The notes under the pieces are model-generated. The model was not told where the DNA came from. It searched no databases and saw only the letters and a list, made by a program, of their open reading frames with translations. 64,000 bases of DNA from Takakia lepidozioides (Eukaryota > Plantae > Bryophyta). Every line of letters begins with the position of its first letter. Positions within the stretch are counted from its first letter, which is position 1. Shown piece by piece: positions 48,521 to 62,189 of this stretch. A program made the translations under genes and the position numbers. The stretch covers positions 44,764,001-44,828,000 of the forward strand of contig CM060731.1 of NCBI GenBank assembly GCA_030704615.1. Direction: 5' to 3'.

Positions 48521-48524
48521 ACAG

Positions 48525-48825
48525 GCAGGGATAGTTGAAGGACCACGGATAGAGGTCTAGATTCATCCAAGAGGACCAGATTTCAAACACAAGATTATTT
48601 CTGATTCCCTGTGGATCAATAGCTACAAGAAATCTGCGTGGGTAGATGGTCAGCAGCAGCAGCAGCACAATTGATAGAACAAGGCACTGCTAATGAAGGC
48701 ACCACTAATGAACAGATTTCAGCCTATTTTTCCCTTTTATCAGATTCCCTGTTGAATTCTGCAAGTTAGCTCCTTGGTGGATCTATGGTGGTTTTGGAGT
48801 GATTTTGACATGTTACTGCACCAAT
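48525..48825 (+). repeat. Second copy of the dispersed ~300-bp repeat
   Basis: Homologous to the reverse complement of 28590-28890. Confidence 0.75.
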
Positions 48826-49628
48826 AAAACATGGTTCATTTGAGCACTAGGTGACACAATTTGAGGAGATCCTGAATAGATGGCAGGGGAATTGCTTTTT
48901 CTGCAAATCAAAAGTAACTAGCAAAGGCTTGACATGGCAAGAACCTGAGCATGTATGTGTGGGGCAATCTAATTAAGGTATCCTCATGTAAATAAGTAAC
49001 TGCCTGAATCAAACAATTAACCTCATCCTGCATAATAGCAATGATGCTGCTACAAATCCCCACTCACTTCATCTACTCCTGACACCAACAGAGATGTGGG
49101 TTATTCTACTCACTGCAAGTTCATAAACATGGGCATATGGTTATACTGGTATCCCCTACTGAGTTTTTAGTACAGTTCAGGACATTCCACGCAAAGGCCA
49201 GCACTCAAGAGGCCCTGAGCACATCGTAAGCCTCCTCAGACATACTTCAAAGAAAAAGCCATCTTTGGTAGGAAAGAATGAGCTTACCAGCTCCAGACAG
49301 ACTTTGACATAGCAAGGGTGTGTGCTTAGGCCAAGTTGGATTCTTCAGTATCTGAGGACTTGCTGTTCTACCCACTCATTTCATACTAAAAAGGCACTTT
49401 ACTTTGGTGGGATGCCTGGGAGACACCTGCAGCTACAACAGAACGACAAACACCATTGATTGAAAACTGCATGCATGACCTAAAAAAAAACATCAGCGTG
49501 TTTGCCAATCAGCAGGTGGGAGTGCTTTGATTTCATCAAAGTCCTTTGTGAGATGAACAGGTATCTTCATTGTTTTTGTCACGGCTGGTGCTGTATGCAT
49601 GCAGAGTAGAGAGTAGTAGGGATGCAGT

Positions 49629-51413
49629 CTAAGTCTCAACTTTCTCCAGAAACAGCTGGATACCCAACTTGGCTGCCCATTCAGGGCAAGGAGCAACAAT
49701 GTGAAAATTTTCAAGGGTGATGGGATGTGTAAAAGTAAGGCTCTCTGCATGCAACACATGAGAGTTGAAGCTAATATCCTGCCACACATCAGGTCCACCA
49801 TACTTGACATCGCCGCACAAGGGCAGGCCCAGGTATTGACAATGTAACCGGATCTGATGAGTTCTTCCAGTCTTTGGATATGCGCGTATGACTGTCACCT
49901 GCTGTCCTTGCAACAAACCACCCTCTTGTTTCTTAATGGGCCTTACATCACTTTCTGCTCCTACAACTACCACTGCTCCATGACTGTCGCCTGCAACTGG
50001 CACAGGCCATGCATCACATTCATAAGGTCTGGCTATCCCGACAACCTTTAGCCGAGTTTCCATGTCACGTACACAAGATCCTCCAGGCAGACTCCTGCCA
50101 ACATCTCGCTTGCAATAGACTCGCCACGCACCATATCTTGATCTCCCATGTCCAGACTCTATAGTAATCTGGTTCCACGTTGGGGGTGATGCAGCACACA
50201 TTGCTAGATAGGTCTTATGAACCTGCCGATTTGTAAATGCGCGCGTAAGTTTGGATGCTGCTTCCCTGCATTTTGTTATCACCATAACTCCACTTGTGTC
50301 TCGGTCCAAGCGATTGGCTAAATGTAGATGTGGCTGACTGCCAAACGTGTCTGCACTCCCTACAAACACAGATCTCAACAATTACTCTCCAGTGTGCAAC
50401 GCAAGTAAATTTGGAGTTTAATTACCATTGCTTCTGACTCCCATTTTTAGGCCCAGAGAAAGAATGAGTGGGAGGGTGAGAGAAAAACCTGTGTGCTGAT
50501 CAGGGGCACTGAGAATGGACGGTGCGGACGACAACACATGCTCACAGTAAAGCCCACGGGGCTTGTTGACCACCACCAGCCACTGGTCTTCATACAGCAC
50601 GTCCAGTTTGCTAATTGCAGGCCCTGCCTTCATTGCGGCTTCTGCAACCATCGCTCTCTCAAACTCTACCTCTTTTGCTTGTTCGCCTGCGAATGGTGAC
50701 ATGGGTTTGGGAAATTCTAAACCATCCACAGGTGTGGGAACTGTGTGAGAAGGTTCTTCCTCGTCCCTGACTATTTTCACCCCGTGCAATTCCTCCAACC
50801 TCCTTGACAAATTTTCCTCTCCCTCCTGCACATGTGACTGGCCAACCCATTCTGAATCGGCTATCCTTGCTCCATCCTGCTGGCTCTCCAAGCTGGCCAC
50901 TAAGGAGCCATCTAACCCAGCTGATAGACCCGTATCATATTCCCTACTTGAATTCAGCGCCCTTGCCCCTTCCAGATTCTGCAGCTTACCTAAATTGACC
51001 TCTTCCTGTAGACAAGTATCTTGATCCCTAATTGATTCCAATGTACATGCCCCCACCAGACTCCGCAATCTTGTGACCTCTTCGTCCAGTGGAAGACTAC
51101 CCTGACAATCTAAGTTGTCCTTTCCCGACGAGTGACTCCGAGCACATGTGGAAGGCCTAGAACTGTCCGTGATGGCTGAGTGGTCAACAGATACGTCAGC
51201 ATCAAATGCAGGCCTCATTTTGCCTATCACAAAATATTTTCCAGAGAAAGGCCACACCACGCACGACAGCATGCAGAGGCACTTGGATCCAAACGCCTTC
51301 CCCATGTCTTCCGGCGGCATGAACCGGTGGGTATACCAAATTATCCTAACCCCAACTTTCGAATAACCCGCGCGCAAACGAATCGTCAAAGATGTAGACA
51401 GTAGAGAATGCAT
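49629..51413 (-). CDS. RluA-family RNA pseudouridine synthase (2 exons; start codon uncertain)
   Basis: VLYEDQWLVVVNKPRG; HLANRLDRDTSG with the catalytic Asp; KTYLA; PKTGRTHQIRLH; LCGDVKYG; LHA. In-frame intron ~50351-50488. Confidence 0.93.
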
Positions 51414-52269
51414 TGGCCTTACCCAAAAGTAGCAGCCGCAGTCCTTTCATGCATCCACCGAGTTCCTCCCCTCCCCACCACAAGCAAGTGCGCAGGTACC
51501 TCAACTGGTATGGGCAAATTCCAATACCAGACTAACACTGGTTATAAACTTTCTTCCATCTTTCTCTCTCTTTTTGTGTTGGGCCGATGCACAGAGCGAA
51601 CGGAGATTGTTAACGCCCGATGCGGGGGCAGCCTACAATATCAACTTTCCTCTCCAATGTCCGGGCTAATCTTATCAAAGAACGACCCTCTTCAGAACCA
51701 TGAAGAACATAGTCCCTGACCTCTGTTCAAAATGTTGAGGCTGATGGCTCTGTCAGGGACAAAGTATGGGCAGCTCTCACATAGCAGACTGATGCTTGTT
51801 GTGGATTTCCCTTTGACTGTGTGTCGTCTTAAGTGTTGTCTTTCCTTCTTTCTTTCAATATAAAGCTTTAGGTGTTGCTTGAGCTACAGTATCAACCTGC
51901 ATAGCTTTATAAAAAGACCCAAGTGCTATGGTACAGGTGTTCGATTGACTTGATCGTTTAGTGTTGCTGTCTTTACATTCCGAGGTGAGAGAACGGGATG
52001 CCAGAGCCTTATACGAGACACATGCTATCCACGTGTATACATCCCGTGGATGACCTGACCTTGGGCGGCGAGTCAATACACTGTTGTGGCGCAGGCGCAG
52101 CGGTCGGTGTGATTCTTACAGAGACACAGACACTCTCTTCCTGTGATATTTGAGTGTTCGATACTCAGACCCAGGTGTGTGCGGGAGTTTCATCTTCTTT
52201 GGTAACAAGGTGGGGAGCTACTTGCATTCGTATGCTCTTAGAAAGGTAAGAAATTGATCTACGGCCACT

Positions 52270-53040
52270 TTACAGAGAAAAGAAAGGAAGTTTATGTTCG
52301 GAGATTGCTTGCACGAGGAGGCCTAATCGATGCTTTTTACGGGAGCTTTTGGATCCTTCGAAGAGGGAGGGAGACCCTCTGCAACTGAGCCATGTTCTAG
52401 GGCAATTCACAGAAGCAGGGAGGGATTTTTGACGGGATTCGTTAGGTTGCCATCTCGAGGAGGACTGAGCTCTCCAGTCTAAGTCGGGGACTGGGTTGGC
52501 CGTGATGCGAATTTTTCTAACGCTCATCAGGAGCTAGGGGATGGCTTCTTCAGGTATCTACTAAGGTCCTTGATACTCATTTGCCCCCAATTGAATTTTG
52601 TATAGGTAGAATAACTTGGATCGAGCCCAAAAGGGTGATGGGTTTTCTTATCTTTGGTGAGGGAGATATAGAGAGGCATGCTCTTTGGTTTATTGTGAAG
52701 AATTCTTTCAAGGTATAGAGAGGTTATGGCTCGACCTGTGTACACTTGTATCAAGATGTAGTACGTAATTGGTCGATGGAAAACAATGTCGTTCATATAA
52801 TGTCTACGCGCTCGTATGTGAGCGGCCTCAGCTCTGGAGCACGCAGTCCATAAATTTGCACAGGGGGGGGGGAGTGGATGGGATTTCAGAGGTGCATAAG
52901 AAGCTAGGGTTGTGGTAGGGGACACCGGAAGAAAGCAAGTTGGAAAAAAATGAAAGCGTCCCTGAGGTGGTAGGTAAGTAAGAACTAGATGTTGCATGGG
53001 TCAGTGAACCGGGAGGAAAAGAACTGTTTGGAGGGTATGA
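52270..53040 (-). mobile_element. Probable degenerate non-LTR retrotransposon fragment
   Basis: Pro/His/Thr-rich minus-strand ORFs with the same compositional skew as 47057-48520; no diagnostic motif. Confidence 0.3.
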
Positions 53041-53641
53041 CAGTTTGTTTCTGATTGACGAGGATCAACATCACTGTAGATACGCCATATCAAATTTCCT
53101 TATTATAAGCAGTCTCATACTTGCAAGGAAGGTTATGGTGTCTTGGACGCGAGTGCTTCATTATATATAAGGATCTGAGGGCTAATTAGGGCAGCCCTTA
53201 GATCAGTCAAAATGGGTACATTTGTTTCTGCCACTGTTATCCTGGAGCGACAGCAGCTATGTGTTTGTTGGTATGTCCATGGCAGTCACTCCCCTGTCCA
53301 TCTCTGTAGAGAACTCTAGAGGATAGATTATGACTTACGGTAGATTAGAAGATCCCTTGGTGATGTCTGCCAGTTGGGTCTGGCTGAATACAATCAACTT
53401 TTTTTGGAGAGGTGTGGGAAGCAGCCTCTTCCATCTCCTGGTTGACAAAATTGATTGTGCATCCACCCTGTAGTTTGAGCCGCTTCTACATAATCATGTC
53501 GTTCTTGGACCTTACACCCCTCTGATGCTCATGCATGGTAATAACTTTCTGTTCATTTCACGTTTCCTGATTGTTGAATCTAGGTTTCTTTTGAAGTTGG
53601 AGAAAATTCTGATTATCCCCCGTCTTTCTGGTTGATACCAG

Positions 53642-55796
53642 GGCGACCAGCACCACCAAAGCCATGGGAGCGGGCAGGGACACAGCAAAATAATGGGCCA
53701 TCTCCGTTTGCTCCCCCTTCAAACACCAGCAGTACTGCTACCATTGTTGCGTCTACGGATGTCGCAAATATATCGGCGAAACCTTGGGAGACAAAAACAG
53801 TCGACAGCGGAATTACCCGGACCATTCCTGTCACTGATGGAGACTCTATGGGGCGGCCTATGCCTCCGCGACCTTGGGAGCAACCCAGTAGCGGTAAGCT
53901 GTTAAGCATGCTAAAGCTTGGAGTCAGGTCGTTGTTCTTCTTCTTAATAAAGTGGATGAGGAATTGTACATTACATCAGACTTCTTGAAACCTAACACAT
54001 GCCAGCAACAGCAGAGTTATGATTGCACTGTCTCCACACTACATGTGATGGTCTTGAATGAGTTGGTCTCTCTCTCTCTCTCTTTTCTCTTGTGTTCGGC
54101 TCAAACTGGGCGCGGGGTCAATGGCCACAAGGCTACGGCAAACAACGTACATTCTCTCAGTCTCTCTCACAATATATTCACGGAGCTTCATTATCAGACT
54201 GTAGATCGACCAATAAAGCACAGAGAGAGGATATAATGATATATTTATTTGTTTATTGTATTTCATGCCACAAGATGTAAGGGTTGTACCACATGCAACA
54301 TCTGTTATGCAGAAGCACATTCTATTACGCGTTGTGCGAGATGTGGCTCATGGGTTTGTGTTCTTATCCATGTGGTCTGGAGTTTTATGTATGCAAAGCT
54401 GCTTCTTGGGGTCTGATTTTGGTGTTGTGTCTGATTGCAGGCTACGGCACAATGACAAGTTATAACAGGCCCCTATATGGCACAGCCAACATGTACGGTG
54501 GAAACAACTCTTATGGAAATCCCTATGGGAGTGCTCTTGGAGGCTATGGGAGCACCTATGGAGGAGGCTATGGCTATGGCAGCAATTATGGTGGACTGTA
54601 TAATAGATATAGTGGTGGCATGGGGGGCTATGCTGGGGGAATGGGGCCTATGGGGGGCTATGGCATGGGTTTGGGATCTCCCTATGGTTATGGTGGACCA
54701 GCGGATCCAAATGATCCCAACCGAGGCCCTCCACCAGGACCACCTAGTTTCTGGCAGTCCATGCTCCATGCGGTATGATACGTCTTCAAGGATATCAGCT
54801 GTCTCGGGCTCTCATACAGTCTTCTCATGTCACATGTTTCACCAGTGCATTTGTACATATTCCTTAAGATATGTGTACAACGTACTGATGGCATTGCCTC
54901 TGCAACACCTCAATAATAGGGCAATATAATATGAGCTCTATGAGTCAGATGCAGTCATGTGATAGCATCCTCTGTCCTTGGGGATTAGAGTCTGAGCATC
55001 TTTTTGTTGTGTCTGTCCAGTTACATAGTGTGTTGAGCTTCTTTGGACGACTGTCAATATTGGTGGATGAGAATACACAAGCTTTTCACTTCTTCATCAC
55101 CGCTCTGCTTCAGGTTCTTACTTCCCTCTTGAGGCTCTTTGTTGCAAGAAGTTTTTGTCTTCCATTCTTTTCCCCTGTTTACAGGGAATTTTTTTCTTGC
55201 AGGGCAGGGGAGAGAGCTAATTTCAACAGGCCTCAACATCTATATGAATGTATATAACTGAGGATGTATCTGTGAGTGATTTGCTTTGCCAGTATAAGAG
55301 ATACATGGTCTTTGGTATGTGATTCAATAGTTTAACTGCCTTAGTCCCCACCACTCAACATCTGATCTTGAAGGTTGATCTTTTGTCTAGCTTTTGCAAA
55401 CACAAAGGTGATAAGAGTGGGTTAGAAGTTACTATTGTGGTGCAATATGTAGAACAGAACTGCAGCCCAACGGTATCAGCAGTGATTTGGTGGTTTTGTT
55501 CTTGAATCCAATGGTATGGTAAGCCTGGGGCAGCAGAAAGAAGGATCCTTAACTGCATACTGACTTGATGTTTGCAGCTATGTGATCGAGCTGGTTTACT
55601 GTATGGAGAGTTAGCTCGGTTTGTGCTGGGAATCTTGGGCTTCCGCATCAGAGGTAGGGCCCGCTCCAAAGCAGGAGCCAGGGCCCTGCAGGCAGCAGGC
55701 CATAAAGATACTGGAGGGAAAGCTACTGCTGGAGATGGTGGGTGGGATTCTGTGTGGTCTGAGGGTGCTAACAATAGGTCCTCTCAAAAGCCATAG
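53642..55796 (+). CDS. PEX13: Peroxisomal membrane protein 13 (exons 53642-53893, 54441-54772, 55021-55113, 55578-55796; first exon not located)
   Basis: PPKPWE / PRPWEQ; Gly-Tyr-rich region; PPSFW; FFGRLSILVDENTQAFHFFITALLQLCDRAGLLYGELARFVL; WDSVW; phase-consistent GT-AG introns. Confidence 0.92.
54067..54169 (+). mobile_element. Very short LINE 3'-end copy within (TC)n in a PEX13 intron
   Basis: GCTCAAACTGGGCGCGGGGTCAATGGCCACAAGGCTACGGCAAACAACGT flanked by TC repeats. Confidence 0.85.
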
Positions 55797-57969
55797 TTAG
55801 AATGCATTTGTGTCCCTCAGCTTCCTATAGATTGTTCAGTCATTAGACTGGCCCCACAGGTCATGATCCCTGTTTGAACCACTCATGTCCATAGCCATGA
55901 CACATGGTTCACCCAGCTGTGGTCCACGATTCATGGCAAGCCATCCAGGTACCTAAGGTCTTGTTAGTTTCTACGGAAAGACTGGGCACAAGTAGTGCTA
56001 GTCACTTGATTAAGTGGCTGTCTCTTCCCCTTACAGTTTGGCTCTTCAGGTTTAGAAGAACTTGACTGTGGTCATCAGGTATGTAACATATGCTATGTTC
56101 AGCTGTGCACCCATGAAGAGTGTTTTTTGAGGACCGTAGTAAGTTTATTTTGTATGGCACATCCTGGTTGGTGTTCAGTGACCCAGACCATGCATTTAGT
56201 TATTGGGACTTCTTCATTTGCAGTAAGACATACCTTCTGGTTTCAGATTTTTCCATGGGGCAGTATTTTTTGGGTGGTTTTTCTTGTTTTTTCCAAAATA
56301 GCCCCAGGGGCCACATATAAATTCCATCCAGCACCCATGATGTGACAAGAATAACAAGGTGGCAGGGCTAGAAAAGTGGCTATATACTGGCACGTTTTAA
56401 TGGGTTCATGTAGGCACAAGCCTGGTATTCAACTACTTTGGTCGAATTTTTTGGTTTTTATCCCCCATAATTCCTTTGTACAAGTAGCGGACAGCTGACC
56501 CATTTCCAGATCAAAATCTACCGATTTTTTTGCCCCCGGAGCAAAACAGGATTTTCCACATGTTTTAGGAATATTCAGAGAGTTCTTGGGGACAGTTACA
56601 CCCATTTGTACAGTCACCCCGCTTGGGTCTTTTTATAAAGCTATGCAGGGTTGTGTGTTTTTAATATTCAGAGAATGCAGTGTTTGACAACCAACATTTA
56701 GCCCAATGGTAAGGGCACAAGCAGCCTCACCACTGGTTAATGAGATGACATAACCTTGCCAAGGCGGAGAGCTATGGCGTGTAAGGTGGGGGAGGAAAAG
56801 ACGAAAGAGAGGGAGAGAGTACATCAAGGTTGGTTATCATGAAATTGAATTTAACTTAGAAACTTGTAAGTTGACAAAGAGGGGAGAAACGGGTCAGGGG
56901 TGTTTGGCTAATAGTGGGCCACCAGCCTTTCATGTACAAACCAAGTAACTAGCACTTATGAACTAGCTGGGGATAAAGCTCTCATATTTTCTAGTCATGG
57001 CTCCAAGTACATGGTTTAAATAAGTGACAAGAAACAGTTTATGGTCACAAAAAGGTTCTAGAACATGAAATGTTGAAGGCTTGTTCTTGGGTTCAAGAGG
57101 TCCATGATCAAGACAGTATCGTGTATCGTCGCCGTCACCACTGACAATCAGAAACACCCACTGTGTTTGGGGGAAACTTGTCTCCATATTGATGGACTGC
57201 GAGTGCTTATTGTGGCCACCAAAGAGATTCCTACAAGGAATTAAGGGACAATTTGATACATGGCACACCCTCTTTGGAAACTTTCGAAGGACATCTCCAA
57301 CGCTGAGCATGCAATCTAATTAGGCAAGACTCTCCAACCCCGGTTCATCTGGGTGTATTCGAACCAGCCTAGACGATGTGTTGTGCTCTAATTCGCATGT
57401 TGTCCACACATTCACTTGGCTATCTGTTTTGGTGTTATACATGTCTGTAGCAATCCAATTCGCCAACCAAGCGTAGTTTGCACACACACAGAATTGAGAT
57501 GCGATCTAATTTGACCAGATCGTACGAACATTTAAGACTCGTAAGATTTAGAGTCAGTGCGTTGGCTCACAGTTTCGGTTTCTCTTATTACTTATTCCTA
57601 GTTCGTTTGGTTCGATGGCGGTACGAAAAGGTCGGTACACGACACAATGCAATGAGTAGGGCGTGGGGCTCCAAGCATATTCCTAGTTGTTCTATTTCCC
57701 ATGTGTAATTCCTGTAAGTAGACAAGGCGGGAAGCATGACAACAGTTGTCGATTCAACTCCTTTTCAACACGTCATCTTGAGTCCTCCCAGATTTTCTCC
57801 TGGGCAATATATAAACCAACTCTTCGCCCAAATCCGCAGAACCCAACTGAGCAAGACGTCTCCATTCATTACTTAGAAAGTGTGGGTGGACGAGGGGTTC
57901 TCATCTCCAGCAGATGCCTCGTGGATTTCATATCCAGACCAGCATCTGCTATAAACACGCTGAGCTCAT

Positions 57970-58800
57970 GTGAAGTCACTGAGGATTGAGAGATAGTCAA
58001 AACCCAAAACCCACAGAGATCTCAGATACCACAAAAACCATGGTGGGCCCCAGGTAATGTTCGCAGCTTGATACAGTTCCCTATGCAAAAGTATGTAATG
58101 TTCATGAATCTTGGTAGTGCTGTTTCGCAAACACCCGGGGTAACGCTGCCTTACAGGTGATCGCGGCCCTCCCTTTGCGGGCGGCCCACCCTTGCCTCGA
58201 GGGGTGGGGGAGCATTCAGATATGGCATACATACATATGCAGATGAGGGTCCTACTTAGAGGAACGGACAGAGGTTGATTTGTGTGAGCCATGTTTTGGG
58301 GATGTGAGATTAGTAGAGAGGAAGTGATGAGGGGGTCGCTAAGAGAGAGTGGAGAATGTGGGATAGTGCACAACCTGCGCTCCACAAGGAATGTGAAGGA
58401 AGGGGAGAAGGAGACCAAGGACATATGTGTTTGTGTTGGATTTAGTGAGAGTGTTCGTCGTTGTGTGTATTGTGGAAAAGTTGGGTGGGACTGTGGGTGT
58501 GTGAAGCTTGTGGACGGGCTTGGGTTTTACACGGAATAGGAAGGCCAATATATGGGAACAGGGTTGACCCTCGCTGTTGGAGCGAGTTCATTTAGAGCGA
58601 GGCAGTGCCAGAGAGGAGAACAACATTGGAGGCAGGCTCACATTTGCGTTGGCTAGAGCCGGCTGGAGTGGGTAGGAGCTAGGAAGGAAGCTGATGGAAT
58701 GCTGAGAGACGAGGCGGGTTGCTCGAGAGTGATCTTTAAACCACGGTTGCTTGCACTCTCCTTATCACCCTCCTCCCAACCCCGAGGAACGTCCTTCCTA
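57970..58800 (-). mobile_element. Probable degenerate non-LTR retrotransposon fragment
   Basis: Same strand skew and Pro/His/Thr-rich translation as 47057-48520; no diagnostic motif. Confidence 0.3.
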
Positions 58801-59808
58801 TCCATGAGCATATGGTTTATAGTTCGGGTTCTGACACAATCCCTGGCTAACTAGAGCAGTGCATTGACGACCCAGTTCTCGGCACGCATTTCTGCCTTTC
58901 CACTTCTTACCGGTTATAGATGAAGGCATTCGTAATCTAATTCTCGATTGCTTGTGCCAATAAGTGCTCGAAACGATTGACTTGCAACATTGCCTTAGGT
59001 TGCTTAAGCATTGCTCCACTATTTTGGTAGAGGTTTTATCATCTACATGCCGAGGTTTATGCGCGTACAGATTGTGGTTCAGTTCAGAGCTTCTTGGTCG
59101 ACTGACTTACAGAGCTATTAGCTGCAGCAGCTTCTGTTCTTGGATTACAAGAACCAAGGCACAAACTTAATACTGTAATCAAGAGTCCGCCACCTGCTCT
59201 CCATCTGCAGCTATGCCCCATGTTTGGGCTTCCCCTGAAGTCACATGGGATTCTTCATCCCACAACTATTTGTGATGTAGTAAGCTCTATGGCCTGATAT
59301 AGAAGTCAAGGACAGGACCCAATGCGTTTGAGAGTGATCAGAAGATGCATTTCATTTCCCTTGAGTTACCAGCTCCTTTTCTGGGCAGACTCTCCTCAGA
59401 TGGTCTGGTAATGTTAAGCTGTATCATGAAGACAGTGGTGCATACTGGGAAGATGATCATGCTTGAGTTCAACATCTGAAACTTACACCATTTTTTTGTT
59501 CAAATTGTTGTTAGATTCCCACCAAGCAAACTACTCGCCCTAACCTAGGAAACATCTAGTGCAAAGGGGAAATTTACCGCGAATCTCACATCTTCTATTG
59601 ACCTCCTTGCATCATGGATGATTTTGACAAACGACTAGGTAGCGTCCATGTGCTTCGTCCCCCCTGGAAGCAGTAGCTTAATCTATGTTCTACTTTCTGT
59701 CAGGAGCATGTTCAGGAACACCGTCTACCAAGTGCAGGAAAAAATGCACCATCAAGACCTGCATACAATAAAACACAGGATTTCATCTCTGCATCAAGCC
59801 CTGTGAAC

Positions 59809-61882
59809 ATGAGATCTCAAACCAACCAGCGCTTGGGGCCTGGGAGGAACCGCAAAGGGCAGCCCATGGGTCAGAGGACAGATGGCCCTAACTGGGCTAT
59901 GCTTGCTGGAGGAATTATTGTGACTGCTGTGAGTGTGGTGATTGGTCGGAGGCAGAGGCAATCTGAGGGAGGCAAGGTGGAGGACAGAGGTGACAAATCT
60001 GGCAAGGCGCAGCTAGCAAATCACCACGGTAATCTTGGCTGTACTTCAAGCTGTAACCCACTGATGCATCTCCAAGTCTTTAGTTTTTCATATGTTCCAC
60101 ACATTCTGAATTGGCTTCTTTTGCAGCGCAATTTTGTAGACACTGTGCTCCGGCACTGAAACTTGTGTCTGAGTCTGCCTCACACATATGTATTGGCTTG
60201 CTCACCTCAAATAGGTGCTAACTAGTTAACTGTGCTTGCAGACATCCCTGAGCCCATGAATAGACACTCCCCAGGCATGGCTGTTGGTGCACACCAGGAC
60301 AGCCAAGATGACAGAGTCACTCAGCTTCCACAGGCCACTCCTGTACCAGGTGGTTCTGCTTCATAGCTCCTTTCTGTAGCTGAATGCAGGCAAAGTGCAC
60401 TGCAAGCTGGAAACTTCCATAATTTTGTACCTTGGGCTTCCTGTCATGGGGGTAGAGACAGAAGTTTTGCTCCTTCTGTATATCTGTTTGTGTGCCTGTT
60501 GTCGAGTAATTCTCCCTTTCCAAAGCAGTATCACTTTTCTCCACTCGCTGCCATTCTCGCTTGAGGATTGTTGTGTACATATCCTCTGCCCTCTTGTTTG
60601 ATGATCGTTGTGCCTTGCATTTCAGATTTGTTTCTAACAGCCTATGCTGACAATGTCTGCAAAACTCCAGCAGGCAACACAGGCATTCAGCCACATTTGA
60701 ATGGCCTTCACTTGGATAGTCGCTTGGATGGGGCAGGTCCTTCTTTCCATTCTCAATTTCAGTTTCACTCCCAGAGGTCTCGGCCTGCAAAACGTCCAGC
60801 CCCTCCCACTTCATCCCCCCCTTCTCCCCTGCTATGTGATGAAGCTACAAGCATCTCAGTGACACCTTCCCCTACCCAGGAAAATGGGCAGTCTAGTCCA
60901 CATAGCTTTTCAGCTCTGCGGACAGGAATATCAGGAAAGCGTGACATGGTGCACAGGTTACGGCAGCAGCTGAAGAGTCGAGATGAGATGATATTTGACA
61001 TGCAGTCACACCAAGATCAAGTTATGGGAATGCATCATACCCGCACTGCAGATTTGCAAGCGCGTCTTGAGGCAACTAGTAAGGCACTGTTCGAGTCAAA
61101 TCGAGAGGTCCAGCGCCTGCAAAGGGCGTTGGCTGGTCAGGGTACCAAGCCTGTTGCCATCTCACATAACTTCTGTGGGTCTGTTGGAGGCGGAAAATTG
61201 ACAGCCAATGAGATGGACAGATCTCGAATTGAAGCCTTGATGCCTGTGAGTGCCCAGTGCATCCTAACACCAATTGAACATATAATCCAGAATGCCTATG
61301 CCGCCTCTGCACTATTTATCTTGTTCATCTTTGGAGTTTCATGGTGTGCCGTTTTCATGGTCAAAGCTATATCTAAAGTTAGAGTATGGACGGTTTAGAT
61401 GGCTACAATCTGTTGAATACAATGGGGTTAATAGACATCGTCATCCTCTGGAGCATCTATGCAAGGGCCTCATACATACAGTTGTGCCATATTGACAGGA
61501 TCTAGTTGTTTGATATGGAGTGCAGAAGCTAGTTGGGGAGATCTCCTTGATTTATATGCTTTCACAATGGGAGGTTTGCTGATGTGTTGGACTGGTTTTG
61601 GTAAATGATGTGTAGGATGTGAAGGCGCTAGTTTGGGAGGCAAGGAGGCTGGCAGGGGAAGTCATGCGGTTAGAAGGGGAGAAAAGAGAGACAGAGCAGG
61701 TGGGCCAAGCTATGTCAAAACAATATGAAGCACTTGTCCACAAAGTCCAAAAGATGGAGGCTGATTTGGAAGTGGCAAAGAAATCGGGTCTTGATAAGGA
61801 TTGCCGGCTTGAAACAAATGAGAAAGAGCTTTTGAAGTTTACTCATGCTCTGCATGACCTTCAGCTCAAGCTGGACTCTCAG
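59809..61882 (+). CDS. Plant coiled-coil protein with an N-terminal hydrophobic segment; continues beyond this exon
   Basis: Exons 59809-60001, 60242-60349, ~60626-61245, 61616-61882; GPNWAMLAGGIIVTAVSV; KRDMVHRLRQQLKSRDEMIFDMQ; heptad-rich C-terminal part. Confidence 0.75.
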
Positions 61883-62189
61883 GTTGGTATACGTATAACT
61901 CGCATATTGTGAGGCTTCCCCAATATATACCACCCAAGAAGTGGAGTGAACATGATTTCTTTTCCTGGTGCACTAGCTACTATGAGATCAGGGGGAAAGA
62001 TACTACAGTCTTTCTGGAAGCTCCTCGTCATTGGTACAGGTTCTCAGTTCGAAGTGCTTTACATACATGGGGGCACTGCATCTTCCAGTGATGTTGGGTT
62101 TCTTGATGCACTTTTCGGTTTTCTCTTGTGGCTGGACTCTGTGCCCATCGGCTGTCTGGGTGTGCTGTGGAATTAATAAATATCTTTCC

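Noticed and set aside
52010-52200. tRNA or tRNA-derived SINE (GTTCGA B-box-like word near 52156)
   Set aside because: No cloverleaf or properly spaced A-box could be built.
54473-54929. Alternative-frame and antisense ORFs over the PEX13 Gly-Tyr exon
   Set aside because: Shadows of a low-complexity coding exon.
56290-57480. MITE and coding remnants downstream of PEX13
   Set aside because: No TIR/TSD pair or recognisable protein motif was found by eye.
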